IMG/VR virus record: IMGVR_UViG_3300031702_000024
Coordinates: 1-35,793 of that record
From: a virus
Taxonomy: Duplodnaviria; Caudoviricetes
Direction: 5' to 3' (one strand)
Length of the DNA: 35,793 nucleotides
The notes below the pieces were generated by a model. The model was given only the letters and a program-made list of their open reading frames with translations. It did not search any database and was not told the origin of the DNA. Positions within the stretch are counted from its first letter, which is position 1; every line of letters starts with the position of its first letter. Positions 26,530 to 35,128 of this stretch are shown here, piece by piece. The position numbers and the translations under genes were made by a program.

Positions 26530-29310
26530 CTATTCTACGTCCTTAGCAGGAGCCAATGGATCGCTGTTTTGCGGACCAGGTTTATTATCCTCTTCACCTG
26601 CTGTAATTTCCGGCTCATTTAAATCATTACCTTTTTCTTCGTCAACAATTGGAGTTTCTGTTTCGTTAAAGTTTGACGGGCCTTTTGGTATTTGGCCATT
26701 TCTAGGAAACTTAAATGAGCCTCCTTCGCTAGTATGTGCGCTAAAGTGCATAGCATCGTCTAAACTTCTCCATGCGCCTCCCCATCCTAATCCGTACTTG
26801 TTTGCAATTTCTTTAGTATTTATAGGCATGTCAGTCATTGGAGAATTTGTTGGTCTTGGCTTATACATGCCATTTGGAAATGTATTCATAACAGGATTTG
26901 GCCAGTTAATATCAATCGCTGCACCCGATGCATGGCAACTCCAACTTCTACTACCACGTGATTGTCGTTTAGCATATCCGCCTAGTTGTTTGATTTCGTA
27001 TACTTGTTCAAAGTCATCTAAGAATTCTTGGAAGTTTTTAGCAAACACTTCAGCAACTTGACAACTTTTTCCTGATTTTTTAGCAGTAATTGTAACTAGT
27101 TTTCCTTCAGGACCTGACGTATCAAACTGCGCATCACTTGGTGCTGTTGAGTTGCGTGTGCTAGGATCGCCATCGCCTGTACCGCCGTCAAAGTCAGCAA
27201 TATTTCCGCCGCTTCCGACAACAGTTCGACTACTTGTATTAACTGCTTTATTTTTATTAAATATGTCAGGAGATTCTGCTCTATCCGATGTAGGTAATGC
27301 ACCAGGTAGTTCTCTGTCTGTTTCTTCTTTCTTAAATGCAGCCGGGTTTGTATTTTCGTGGTGCATATAAGGCTCATGCTGCGGTGCTCTTGTAAGAATA
27401 CTTTCATAAGGAACAGGATTTATTGCTCCAGGAAACATATAAGGTAATACAACAGTAGTTAACGGCTCTATAGGGGTTGCATCTGTTGCATCAATTGACT
27501 TAGTAGCTGCTAGTGCTGTAATTGCAACAATTGGAGGAGCTCCTTCATTTACTGCGGCAGCAGCAGTCCCACCATCATTAATTCCTACAGTAGTACCGTC
27601 AATTGACAGAGCTGCGCTTGATTGAATCGACATTGCACTAGCAGATTTAATGTCAAGTGTTGTAGCTGCTTCTGTAAAGACCGCAGCGTCTGATTTAGTA
27701 TTAATATTTCCAGTTGCTATATTATTAATTGTTGTAGCAGACATAACAGTATAATCAAGGGCAGATTGATGACGTATTTCAGCCGATGATATTATATTAA
27801 TTTCTGCTGTTACAGTTTCTCGTTTTGCTCCTGCAATAATTGTTTCTACATTTCCAGCAACATAAGTTCTACTATCACCCGATAACGTTGTTAAATGATG
27901 TTCTGCTGTTTTAACAAAATGTGTTCCTACTGACAAGTCGTTTATATTACTTCCTGATTCTCTAAACCAACTAAGCGCACTTTTTTCGTATACTGAATTA
28001 TCAGCTTGTAAAACGTAATTTTTCTTAGTGTGCAGGTTATAATCCTCGCCAGCTGTAGTTTTCATACCAAGTGCTACAGAGGTATCTGAAGTTCCTAATA
28101 CTGTTAATTTATAATCCTTGCCTACATGTAATTGCGTATCAAACGCACTTTCAATATGTACACGGCCGCTAACTTTATCATCAAAAGTGCCTTGTCCGTC
28201 GCTCCATCGAGCAGATGCTTTCATATTAATGTTTCGGCCAGCTTCAAAATTAATGTCACGTTCAGCAGTAATATTTAAATCGTTATCAGTCATAATACTA
28301 ATGCTATCTTGTGCATGAATATCAATTTTTCCGTCACTAGTAAATTCAATCCATGCTGTGCCGCGTGAATTAGAAATATAAATTAAGTCTTCACTATTGT
28401 GTAAAAGTATTTGATGTCCAGTACGTGTCCTAAATCTCATAAGCTCGTTATGGGGAATAGTTTCGTCGCCGCCTGCTTCATTATTAAGTTTATTAACGTA
28501 TAATGGTGGACCATCTTCTGCATGTGTCGCACGTACAAACTTGTCGTTGCCGTCGTCCATTACAAAGCTCGAGCCGCCCAGTCTGTTAAACGGAACATTT
28601 GCTTTTTTACCGCTAGCACCAATATCAACTCTAGGACTGCCTGCTCTCTTGTCTAATGGTCCAGGTGTATTAACACCAAATGTAGCACTAGGAATTTCTC
28701 GACGAGCACTAGTTGTTGTTAGTCCTCTTGTTTCATCAGAAATTAATCCTTGCACTTCTAGTATATTTGTAAAGTCTTTGTTATACGGCTTATTAAAAAG
28801 AGTCGGGTCAATTAAGGTGCCTTCTTCGATTTTTTTATTATACTCACCAACTGGTAGTTTTGCACCTTTTAAATTTTGTGGAGTAACTTCAGTTGTGCGC
28901 TGTGTACTTGCTCTACCATCTGGAACCATAAAATTCATATAGTCATCTGGTATACACCCAATCCAGTAACCAAAGTTTGCATTGCCTTCTGCAAATATTA
29001 CAAGAACTCTAGATCCTACATCAGGAGGTACCATCCACATGCCGTAACTTTTTTGTGTATTCTCGTATCCGTCATTTGCTTGAAGACCAGCAGTTGGAGT
29101 TACACCGTAAAATGGTGACAGATAACGTACATTCATTAACTGTCCGCTGCGTTCCGGCGTGCCGCCTGCTCCGGTATATCGGATTATTTCAACTTCTAAT
29201 CCGCCCATATATTTGGTGTCTAAATGATTAACTATAACAGCTTCGTACGGGCCGCTATCATATACCTCAGTAACTTTAGATGAAGATCTTGTATAACTAC
29301 CTTGTGACAT
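26530..29310 (-). CDS. gp5: Baseplate central spike (gp5/VgrG-like OB-fold plus beta-helix) with C-terminal M15-family Zn peptidase
   Basis: 926 aa. OB-fold motif SYGMWMVPPDVGSRVLVIFAEGNANFGYWIGC. RTRTGHQILLHNSE..IYI...GTAWIE...DGKIDI marks the beta-helix start. The C-terminal GGY..R....SWSCHASGAAIDIN...WGGAW..DDAMHF has the SxH-x6-D and DxxH ligand pattern of Peptidase_M15. Confidence 0.8.
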   Translation of the reverse strand: MSQGSYTRSSSKVTEVYDSGPYEAVIVNHLDTKYMGGLEVEIIRYTGAGGTPERSGQLMNVRYLSPFYGVTPTAGLQANDGYENTQKSYGMWMVPPDVGSRVLVIFAEGNANFGYWIGCIPDDYMNFMVPDGRASTQRTTEVTPQNLKGAKLPVGEYNKKIEEGTLIDPTLFNKPYNKDFTNILEVQGLISDETRGLTTTSARREIPSATFGVNTPGPLDKRAGSPRVDIGASGKKANVPFNRLGGSSFVMDDGNDKFVRATHAEDGPPLYVNKLNNEAGGDETIPHNELMRFRTRTGHQILLHNSEDLIYISNSRGTAWIEFTSDGKIDIHAQDSISIMTDNDLNITAERDINFEAGRNINMKASARWSDGQGTFDDKVSGRVHIESAFDTQLHVGKDYKLTVLGTSDTSVALGMKTTAGEDYNLHTKKNYVLQADNSVYEKSALSWFRESGSNINDLSVGTHFVKTAEHHLTTLSGDSRTYVAGNVETIIAGAKRETVTAEINIISSAEIRHQSALDYTVMSATTINNIATGNINTKSDAAVFTEAATTLDIKSASAMSIQSSAALSIDGTTVGINDGGTAAAAVNEGAPPIVAITALAATKSIDATDATPIEPLTTVVLPYMFPGAINPVPYESILTRAPQHEPYMHHENTNPAAFKKEETDRELPGALPTSDRAESPDIFNKNKAVNTSSRTVVGSGGNIADFDGGTGDGDPSTRNSTAPSDAQFDTSGPEGKLVTITAKKSGKSCQVAEVFAKNFQEFLDDFEQVYEIKQLGGYAKRQSRGSRSWSCHASGAAIDINWPNPVMNTFPNGMYKPRPTNSPMTDMPINTKEIANKYGLGWGGAWRSLDDAMHFSAHTSEGGSFKFPRNGQIPKGPSNFNETETPIVDEEKGNDLNEPEITAGEEDNKPGPQNSDPLAPAKDVE

Positions 29311-29327
29311 TTATTATTTCCATATTG

Positions 29328-30638
29328 TTAAATTGGGCCTTTGTTTAGCGACGACCAAGTTTTGGCTGCTGCGTTGGCTGCACCAGATGATGCATTTGCT
29401 GCTGCGGCTGCTGCACCAGATGATGCTATTGATGCTACTTGAGATGCTCCTGATAATGCGTTTGAGGCAGCGTTTGTTGCTGATACTGGTGCAGGACACG
29501 GAGTTTCCGTAGGAGCTGCTGCCGGAGCTACTGGAGCATTTCCTTCTAATGCTTGAGTTTGTTCTGCTTCTGAAGGTATCTGAGTTTTTCCTCTAGGATC
29601 TGCTGCATCAGGATCAGTTTCATCAACTGGCGGTATAATAGTGCCAGGCGGAACTGTTCCAGTATTTGTCCCAGCAACGCCAGCTGCGCCGATGTCCTGC
29701 TCTACATGAGGGCTTGCTGCTGCTGCATTTATTCCGTGAACTAAAATATCTTTAACTTTTTTTCCAGTTCTAAAATCATACCGATCATCTAACGGATCAA
29801 GTACTTCGTATGTATAAACGGCATTGCCGCCGGGCAGTCGATTTCTGCCGGTAGCAATAGTACTACTACCCGGACCTGCACTTGGCTGTCCTGTAACTCC
29901 TGCACCGCTTTGATTATATACGTCAGGTAACGATGCACTCCCGATAGGCTGTGATCCAGGTCTACCTTGGCCCGACACTGCCCCTACTCCAGTACCTGCT
30001 ACCGACCTAGAGGTTTGTGTTTTAGCTGAATTTCCTAATTCCGGTTGTGCTCCGCTTGGACCTGTTGGTAATATATCAACAGTAGTTGTTTCACCTGTGC
30101 CACCATTTAAAATATCATTTAATTGTTGGAATAAACTATCAGGATCGTGATGAGCTTTATTTAAGCCATCGCCTGCATAGTAGCTTTGCCCTTTGTTAAC
30201 TGTGCGACTTTGTCCTTTCATTTGATAAGGAACAGGCATACTAGCAAATTCTTGTGATAATTTAATCATAAATTTGTCAGTTGTATATGTGCCAGCAATC
30301 CATTGATCTAGTTTTCTATACTGTTTTAAAATTGATAAGATTAAATAATCTTGTACATCAGGAGTATAACATGTTGTAAGGGGATCAACGCCCGAAACTT
30401 TAATTGCTTCTGTTAGTGTTTTTTTAATAAACTGGTATCGGCCGCATGCTGTTGATTTAAAACCTTGGGTTATTCGTTGAGTTTGAAACCGTTGGACTTC
30501 TGAGCAAGTCATTTGTATAAGAGATGCTTCACTTGTACCCGGCCATAAACTTGTATACGGATCTACTCCGGCAGATGATTCACCTTTGGCAATTAAATTT
30601 AATAACGACTTTTCTTGATCAGTAATAGTTATTGCCAT
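29328..30638 (-). CDS. Virion-associated lysozyme/lytic transglycosylase (lambda-R-like fold) with long low-complexity C-terminal tail
   Basis: 436 aa. The first ~175 aa contain LLNLIAKGES (putative catalytic Glu), STACGRYQFIKKTL, TPDVQD and LSQEFASMP...SYYAGDGLNKA. The rest is G/P/A/S/T-rich. Confidence 0.75.
   Translation of the reverse strand: MAITITDQEKSLLNLIAKGESSAGVDPYTSLWPGTSEASLIQMTCSEVQRFQTQRITQGFKSTACGRYQFIKKTLTEAIKVSGVDPLTTCYTPDVQDYLILSILKQYRKLDQWIAGTYTTDKFMIKLSQEFASMPVPYQMKGQSRTVNKGQSYYAGDGLNKAHHDPDSLFQQLNDILNGGTGETTTVDILPTGPSGAQPELGNSAKTQTSRSVAGTGVGAVSGQGRPGSQPIGSASLPDVYNQSGAGVTGQPSAGPGSSTIATGRNRLPGGNAVYTYEVLDPLDDRYDFRTGKKVKDILVHGINAAAASPHVEQDIGAAGVAGTNTGTVPPGTIIPPVDETDPDAADPRGKTQIPSEAEQTQALEGNAPVAPAAAPTETPCPAPVSATNAASNALSGASQVASIASSGAAAAAANASSGAANAAAKTWSSLNKGPI
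29378..29426. repeat. 17-bp direct repeat GCTGCACCAGATGATGC x2, encoding ASSGAA twice
   Basis: Copies at 29378-29394 and 29410-29426 in the Ala/Ser-rich C-terminus of the lysozyme gene. Confidence 0.7.
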
Positions 30639-33600
30639 TATATTTGTCTACCGCGTTTTTCTGCTCTTGGTGCGCCGCCGAATATACTTGATTGGTTAGA
30701 CCATGCAAAGTCTCCTACTTGAGATGTTGGACTTGCATGCGCTATATCATCGCCCTTTTTAGTAGAACTTGCTGGGTATAAACTTTGAGACATTGCTAAA
30801 TCTTCTCCAACGGCTGTTAAATTAGCAACAGCACTTGTTGTATCACAAGGATCTACTGCGCCTATTGTACTATTTACACTATTATTTGCAGCGTTAGGCG
30901 ATCCTGGCGTAGTATCTTTTCCAGCTGCAATTCCCTTGTCAGTAGCTTTAATATTCTTTGATTCTACAGTTTCTTCGTCATCCTGACCTCTACGTCTAAT
31001 CATTTTAAGATTTTGTGTATATTTTCCGCCGCTAAACACATTAGTTACTGCCCAAATACTAAACAGTCCGCTGAACTGTGGTACTCTTCGAGGCATTTCC
31101 ATAGTTGCTCCGTTTACCTGGTAATCAAAAGGTGAGTTAAAGTTAACTACACAAAAGATTTCACTTTGTAGATAATTCATAGTTCCTTCATCTAGCACAC
31201 TAGGATTGCCAGTTGATTTTCCAACATAATTTCCAGTCTGTTGGGGGAGGAAGAACGGATCTCCCCAAATTTCCATTTCAGCAGTGACCATGTCAACAGT
31301 TTGATTTATCAATGTGTTATGAAATTGTTCTGCAATTTTTAATTTTATATCTCCAGACTCGTCAGCACTTGAGTTTGGTATTTCATTAACTTCTTTTGTT
31401 TGTGCTCCAGGCTCTATGTTTGATTTACCGTTGTTAACAGTAGCAACTTCGGATCCTGCTTGTGCATCACCTTGTTGGAAGGTTGCTTTGTTGCCTCCGC
31501 CTGCTGCAACTGGTGCAGAGTTTTGTCCAAAGTTACCGAACGCAGTCATGAAGAACTGATTGTTAAATTTTATATCAAAATTCAATACGTCTTCATTTTT
31601 TCCTGTGTAAAAATAGTTATATTCTTTAGGTGCAATTGCCTTTAATTGTTCAGTATTTTTTGGTCTCTGAGCTGTACCGAGATGTTTTGCTTCATCTACT
31701 TTATATTCAATTACACTATATACGTAAATTTTAGGAGATGCTCCAACTTGTCTTTCAGCCTCTGGATTTTTATCTAAGAATACTTGGGTATCAATTTTAA
31801 ACCATGTGTTGACACCATTTTTTGATTCTTCAGTTGCGCTGTCTTTTGCAAATCTACTCTTTTTAATTACCTTTTCAATAATATTAGATATAGTTTCGCC
31901 TTGACGAAATTGTGTAGCTCTAGCCTTTTCTGCTTTAGCAGTTTCAGCATTGCTAATATCTACAATATCGCTATCTGCTTCGTATGCAGCACTTTGATCT
32001 GCATGTCCTTCTTGGCCGCCTTCTGCTGTATTTTCTACTAAATTAGATAATCCAATTTGATTCATATTGTTTATATCAGATGCATATGCCTTTAATGTAT
32101 TAAACAAAAGATCAGCTGAGTTTACAGAATTATTTTCAATGCCCTGTTGTTTTTTAGCAGTACTTCTATCTGGTCTTACAGTAGCTATTCCTTTTTCTCG
32201 ACGTTGTTGTTCAGTGGCACTGATAGTTAAAGAAGAATTTTCATCAGCAACTTGATCTTTTAGACGTCCAATTACATCAACTAGTGCGCTAGGTTTTTTA
32301 GGAAACGCAATAATATATCGATCACCTTGTACAATTGTTTTAGCTTGTTCAAGTTCTTGCACACGTTCATTAAGTACTGACATAACACTTTTTTCATCAC
32401 CTGATAGTACTTCGTGTACTTTTGATCCAAGTGTGTTAATCTGTGTTTTTGTTTTTTGCACAGTATCGTCTAGGGCAGCTTCACTATAAGGAACTGCCTT
32501 AACCATATATTCACTACCTTTAGATTGTACTGAAAAATCAACTTTAGTAATCATAATCGGAACGTATGCAGAATTTGTGTTTGACAAAGTTTCTTTTCCG
32601 TATTCGTCATAACCCATAAAATCAATTTTTAAACAAAACGGAGCATTAATATAATTTTCATAACCTAACGATGCTGCTGAGCCAATAAGAGCTTCAATAA
32701 AAAGTCCCATACTGTACGGCTCTATAACATCAAAAGTTATAGATGTTCCTAGGGCCACTCCGGTATTTGAATTAGGAGCAATAACTGCATCAAGATTTAA
32801 GTTATCAAGATAGTATTCTGCATCGTCGTTGCCTTCTTGAAAGGTTTTATATCTTTTATCTAAATTGCCGCCGCTGGATTTAATAATATAGCTCTGTACA
32901 AAATCTCCGCCTGTTCGATATTTACTAGGAAAATTAAATTCTTCACTATCTAAAATTCCTAATGTAATAACATAGTTATAATGATTGTGTTCCCTTAGGG
33001 GATTTGGTACCTTACTTGCTGCTTTTCCATTATTTTTAGATAAAAAATTTGTAAATTCGTTATTTTTACTAGCAGATTCACTAAGTTGTCGGATCACATC
33101 AAACTGTCCGCCGAAAGAGCCAACTAATTGAGATACATCTCGGGCCAGTACTGAGATTGGATTACTTATTAAATTTGAAAAGCCTGCAAAACTACTTGCA
33201 AGTGTATTTAAACTTGCAATATTAAAGCCGTTGAATTGGGAAACCTTTGATGACATTGACGATATATTTGATCCAAATTGACTAGATACTTTGTTTAAGG
33301 TACCCGTAGCATTGTCAATTGATCCTAGTCCACTATTAACACTTGTAAATTTTGCTCCTAGAGAAGAGTTTGTAGATTGAAATCCTTGGGTTAATGCAGA
33401 GTTTATATTTGTACTTCCAAAATTAGAAATACCTTGTATTTGTTGTGATATTGCTCCTGCTGCTGCTGCAACATTACCAATGTCAGAAGAACTAGATACC
33501 AAACTATCAAGTTTTCCGGGAGTAAATGCTTGCCCCGGGGTGTTATTTATAAGTGTATTAAACCCTTTTCCAGAAATTTTAGTACCAAAAGAAGTTAAGT

Positions 33601-33778
33601 CGGTGCCTAATGCTCCTCTAATATCATTCATACTGCCAGTAACTGATCCTACAGATGTTGAAATTTTATTTAACTTTGCTGCTGAAGAGTTTGCCGACTT
33701 TGTTAAAGAATTAATAGACGCAACTGAACTATTTGCGCTAGTTACACTTTTTGTTATTTTTGAGAAGCTGAATGCCAT
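30638..33778 (-). CDS. Baseplate hub protein (T4 gp27/late-control D-like) with Ser/Asn-rich N-terminal extension
   Basis: 1046 aa between the LysM protein and the lysozyme/spike genes. Motifs ITFDVIEPYS, KEYNYFYTGKNEDVLNFDIKFN, AEMEIWGDPFFL and FSGLFSIWAVTNVFSGGKYTQNLKMIR are typical of hub C-termini. Confidence 0.65.
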   Translation of the reverse strand: MAFSFSKITKSVTSANSSVASINSLTKSANSSAAKLNKISTSVGSVTGSMNDIRGALGTDLTSFGTKISGKGFNTLINNTPGQAFTPGKLDSLVSSSSDIGNVAAAAGAISQQIQGISNFGSTNINSALTQGFQSTNSSLGAKFTSVNSGLGSIDNATGTLNKVSSQFGSNISSMSSKVSQFNGFNIASLNTLASSFAGFSNLISNPISVLARDVSQLVGSFGGQFDVIRQLSESASKNNEFTNFLSKNNGKAASKVPNPLREHNHYNYVITLGILDSEEFNFPSKYRTGGDFVQSYIIKSSGGNLDKRYKTFQEGNDDAEYYLDNLNLDAVIAPNSNTGVALGTSITFDVIEPYSMGLFIEALIGSAASLGYENYINAPFCLKIDFMGYDEYGKETLSNTNSAYVPIMITKVDFSVQSKGSEYMVKAVPYSEAALDDTVQKTKTQINTLGSKVHEVLSGDEKSVMSVLNERVQELEQAKTIVQGDRYIIAFPKKPSALVDVIGRLKDQVADENSSLTISATEQQRREKGIATVRPDRSTAKKQQGIENNSVNSADLLFNTLKAYASDINNMNQIGLSNLVENTAEGGQEGHADQSAAYEADSDIVDISNAETAKAEKARATQFRQGETISNIIEKVIKKSRFAKDSATEESKNGVNTWFKIDTQVFLDKNPEAERQVGASPKIYVYSVIEYKVDEAKHLGTAQRPKNTEQLKAIAPKEYNYFYTGKNEDVLNFDIKFNNQFFMTAFGNFGQNSAPVAAGGGNKATFQQGDAQAGSEVATVNNGKSNIEPGAQTKEVNEIPNSSADESGDIKLKIAEQFHNTLINQTVDMVTAEMEIWGDPFFLPQQTGNYVGKSTGNPSVLDEGTMNYLQSEIFCVVNFNSPFDYQVNGATMEMPRRVPQFSGLFSIWAVTNVFSGGKYTQNLKMIRRRGQDDEETVESKNIKATDKGIAAGKDTTPGSPNAANNSVNSTIGAVDPCDTTSAVANLTAVGEDLAMSQSLYPASSTKKGDDIAHASPTSQVGDFAWSNQSSIFGGAPRAEKRGRQI

Positions 33779-33781
33779 TTC

Positions 33782-34081
33782 TTAAGTTCCCATATTTGAC
33801 TGAAGATTAGAACCTTGCGGCAGATAAATTTTAGTTCCTGCAAGAAAATCAAAAACTGGGTCTTTAAGAATATCTGGATTTCGTTGAGCAAATACCCACC
33901 AAAGTTCTTTTTTACCATACAAGTCATTTGCTAATAAGTCAGGTCTATAAGTGTATGCAGGAATAATTTCATAAAGTATATCGTCGCCTGCAACAGGTAC
34001 AGGAACTGGAACAAAGATATCTAAGTATCCTGCTGCATTAATTGGCGTCTTGCCATAAGGTCCAAAATTCTTGTTAGCCAT
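33782..34081 (-). CDS. gp53: LysM-like baseplate protein (T4 gp53 / P2 gpX-like)
   Basis: 99 aa. YRPDLLANDLYGKKELWWVFAQRNPDILKDPVFDFLAGTKIYLP. Confidence 0.75.
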   Translation of the reverse strand: MANKNFGPYGKTPINAAGYLDIFVPVPVPVAGDDILYEIIPAYTYRPDLLANDLYGKKELWWVFAQRNPDILKDPVFDFLAGTKIYLPQGSNLQSNMGT

Positions 34082-35046
34082 TATACAAATCCTTCCTCGC
34101 CGCCAACAAATGCACCTTTAGCAAATTCAGTTAAACTAAATCTAGCTTGTGATCTACGTGCGTATTGTGGAGTTGCTGTAATTGTTATTGTTGCCATAGA
34201 TGGTACAAAATTATCTTTACCAGCAACATTACATTTAATATAATCAACATCATTAGGTAAATCAGTTGTAAAGTTAGTTATTACAACAGGAATATCATTT
34301 AATACATACTGGCCGTATCCGCTTAGTCTGCAAACTACAGGCGGTAAACCTGTAGTTGCATCGTCTCCGCCATAAAACATTTTGGTTGCAGATCTTAAAA
34401 AATGTAATGCTGCTATAAAATATTTTGCATCGTCTGTTGATTCATTTACAAATTCGCCTGTAATAGTAAATGCATCTACTTGACTGTTTTCATAAGAATT
34501 GTAGGGGAAGTTTGTATGTACAGGCTGTACTTGAGAATAATTTGCGCTATTACTTACTAACACTGTTGGAGTAAATGGGAATATTAGTGAATTCTTAGTT
34601 CCTATTAATGGAGCAAGAACTACACTATTGGTCGAAAGTATAGTCGGAACTGAAATTCGTACGCGCCAATCTAACTCATTTGCAGCAGTTATATTACTAG
34701 AGATTATTGCCTTTGTCATTGTTCTTCCTGCAGGAGTAGCGTTATAACCTACTTGTTGTGCAGAATTTCCTACCATTCTAAGTGCCCTGCCTGCTTGGGC
34801 TAGACTCCCGCCACCGCTAACAATGCTGTCAACTTGACTTATATTATTCTTCATTGACGCAGCAACGTTAGATATTTGTCCAAAAGTATTAGAAAAACCA
34901 CCTGATGAATCAAAGTTTTTTACTAAACTAGTTGTGCGATTTAGGCTTGATGTAAAATTATTAATTGTGCTAGAAACTTGTGACACATTGCTGTAGGAAC
35001 TGTTAATTTTACTCGATAGCTGATTAAAGGCGCTGAAAATACTCAT
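34081..35046 (-). CDS. Tail-tube initiator/baseplate-tube junction protein (gp48/gp54-like) with Ser/Asn-rich N-terminus
   Basis: 321 aa. LIFPFTPTV....ANYSQVQPVHTNFPYNSYENS...ITGEF...HFLRSATKMFYG...PPVVCRLSGYG...IPVVITNFTTDLPNDVDY suggests a tube fold. It precedes the LysM gene, as in contractile-tail clusters. AGGAG ribosome-binding site. Confidence 0.65.
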   Translation of the reverse strand: MSIFSAFNQLSSKINSSYSNVSQVSSTINNFTSSLNRTTSLVKNFDSSGGFSNTFGQISNVAASMKNNISQVDSIVSGGGSLAQAGRALRMVGNSAQQVGYNATPAGRTMTKAIISSNITAANELDWRVRISVPTILSTNSVVLAPLIGTKNSLIFPFTPTVLVSNSANYSQVQPVHTNFPYNSYENSQVDAFTITGEFVNESTDDAKYFIAALHFLRSATKMFYGGDDATTGLPPVVCRLSGYGQYVLNDIPVVITNFTTDLPNDVDYIKCNVAGKDNFVPSMATITITATPQYARRSQARFSLTEFAKGAFVGGEEGFV

Positions 35047-35067
35047 TTTTTTATAATCTCCTACTAG

Positions 35068-35073
35068 TATTTA
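35068..35073 (-). promoter_or_regulatory. Putative late promoter -10 box (TAAATA) at the head of the baseplate operon
   Basis: Minus strand reads AAC-TAAATA-CTAGTAGGAGATTATAAAAAAAATG. Confidence 0.65.
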
Positions 35074-35074
35074 G

Positions 35075-35103
35075 TTGACAAAATTAAGTAAGTAGTTTAT
35101 AAT
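35075..35103 (+). promoter_or_regulatory. Consensus sigma70-type promoter driving the gp55-like gene
   Basis: TTGACA (35075-35080), 17-nt spacer, TATAAT (35098-35103). AGGAGA ribosome-binding site at ~35118-35123 and ATG at 35129. Confidence 0.85.
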
Positions 35104-35128
35104 AGTATTAACACTATAGGAGAGAACT

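Noticed and set aside
6812-33785. Other short ORFs nested in or antisense to long genes (e.g. 16178..16429, 19179..19376, 27096..27407, 28541..28942, 33480..33785)
   Set aside because: They overlap well-supported structural genes, many have non-ATG starts, and none shows protein-like motifs.
22537-34083. TAATG stop/start overlaps at 22539, 30638 and 34081
   Set aside because: Real, but ordinary translational coupling in phage structural operons.
26080-35046. Reading the cluster as a bacterial eCIS/T6SS/tailocin locus
   Set aside because: The adjacent gp55-like sigma factor, T4-type late boxes and T4-like gp6/gp25 point to a lytic myovirus.
35052-35057. Second TATAAT on the plus strand, plus short palindromes (TACTAGTA 35062-35069; ATAGT/ACTAT 35102-35117)
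   Set aside because: There is no matching -35 at 17 bp. The palindromes are too short and AT-rich to exceed chance.
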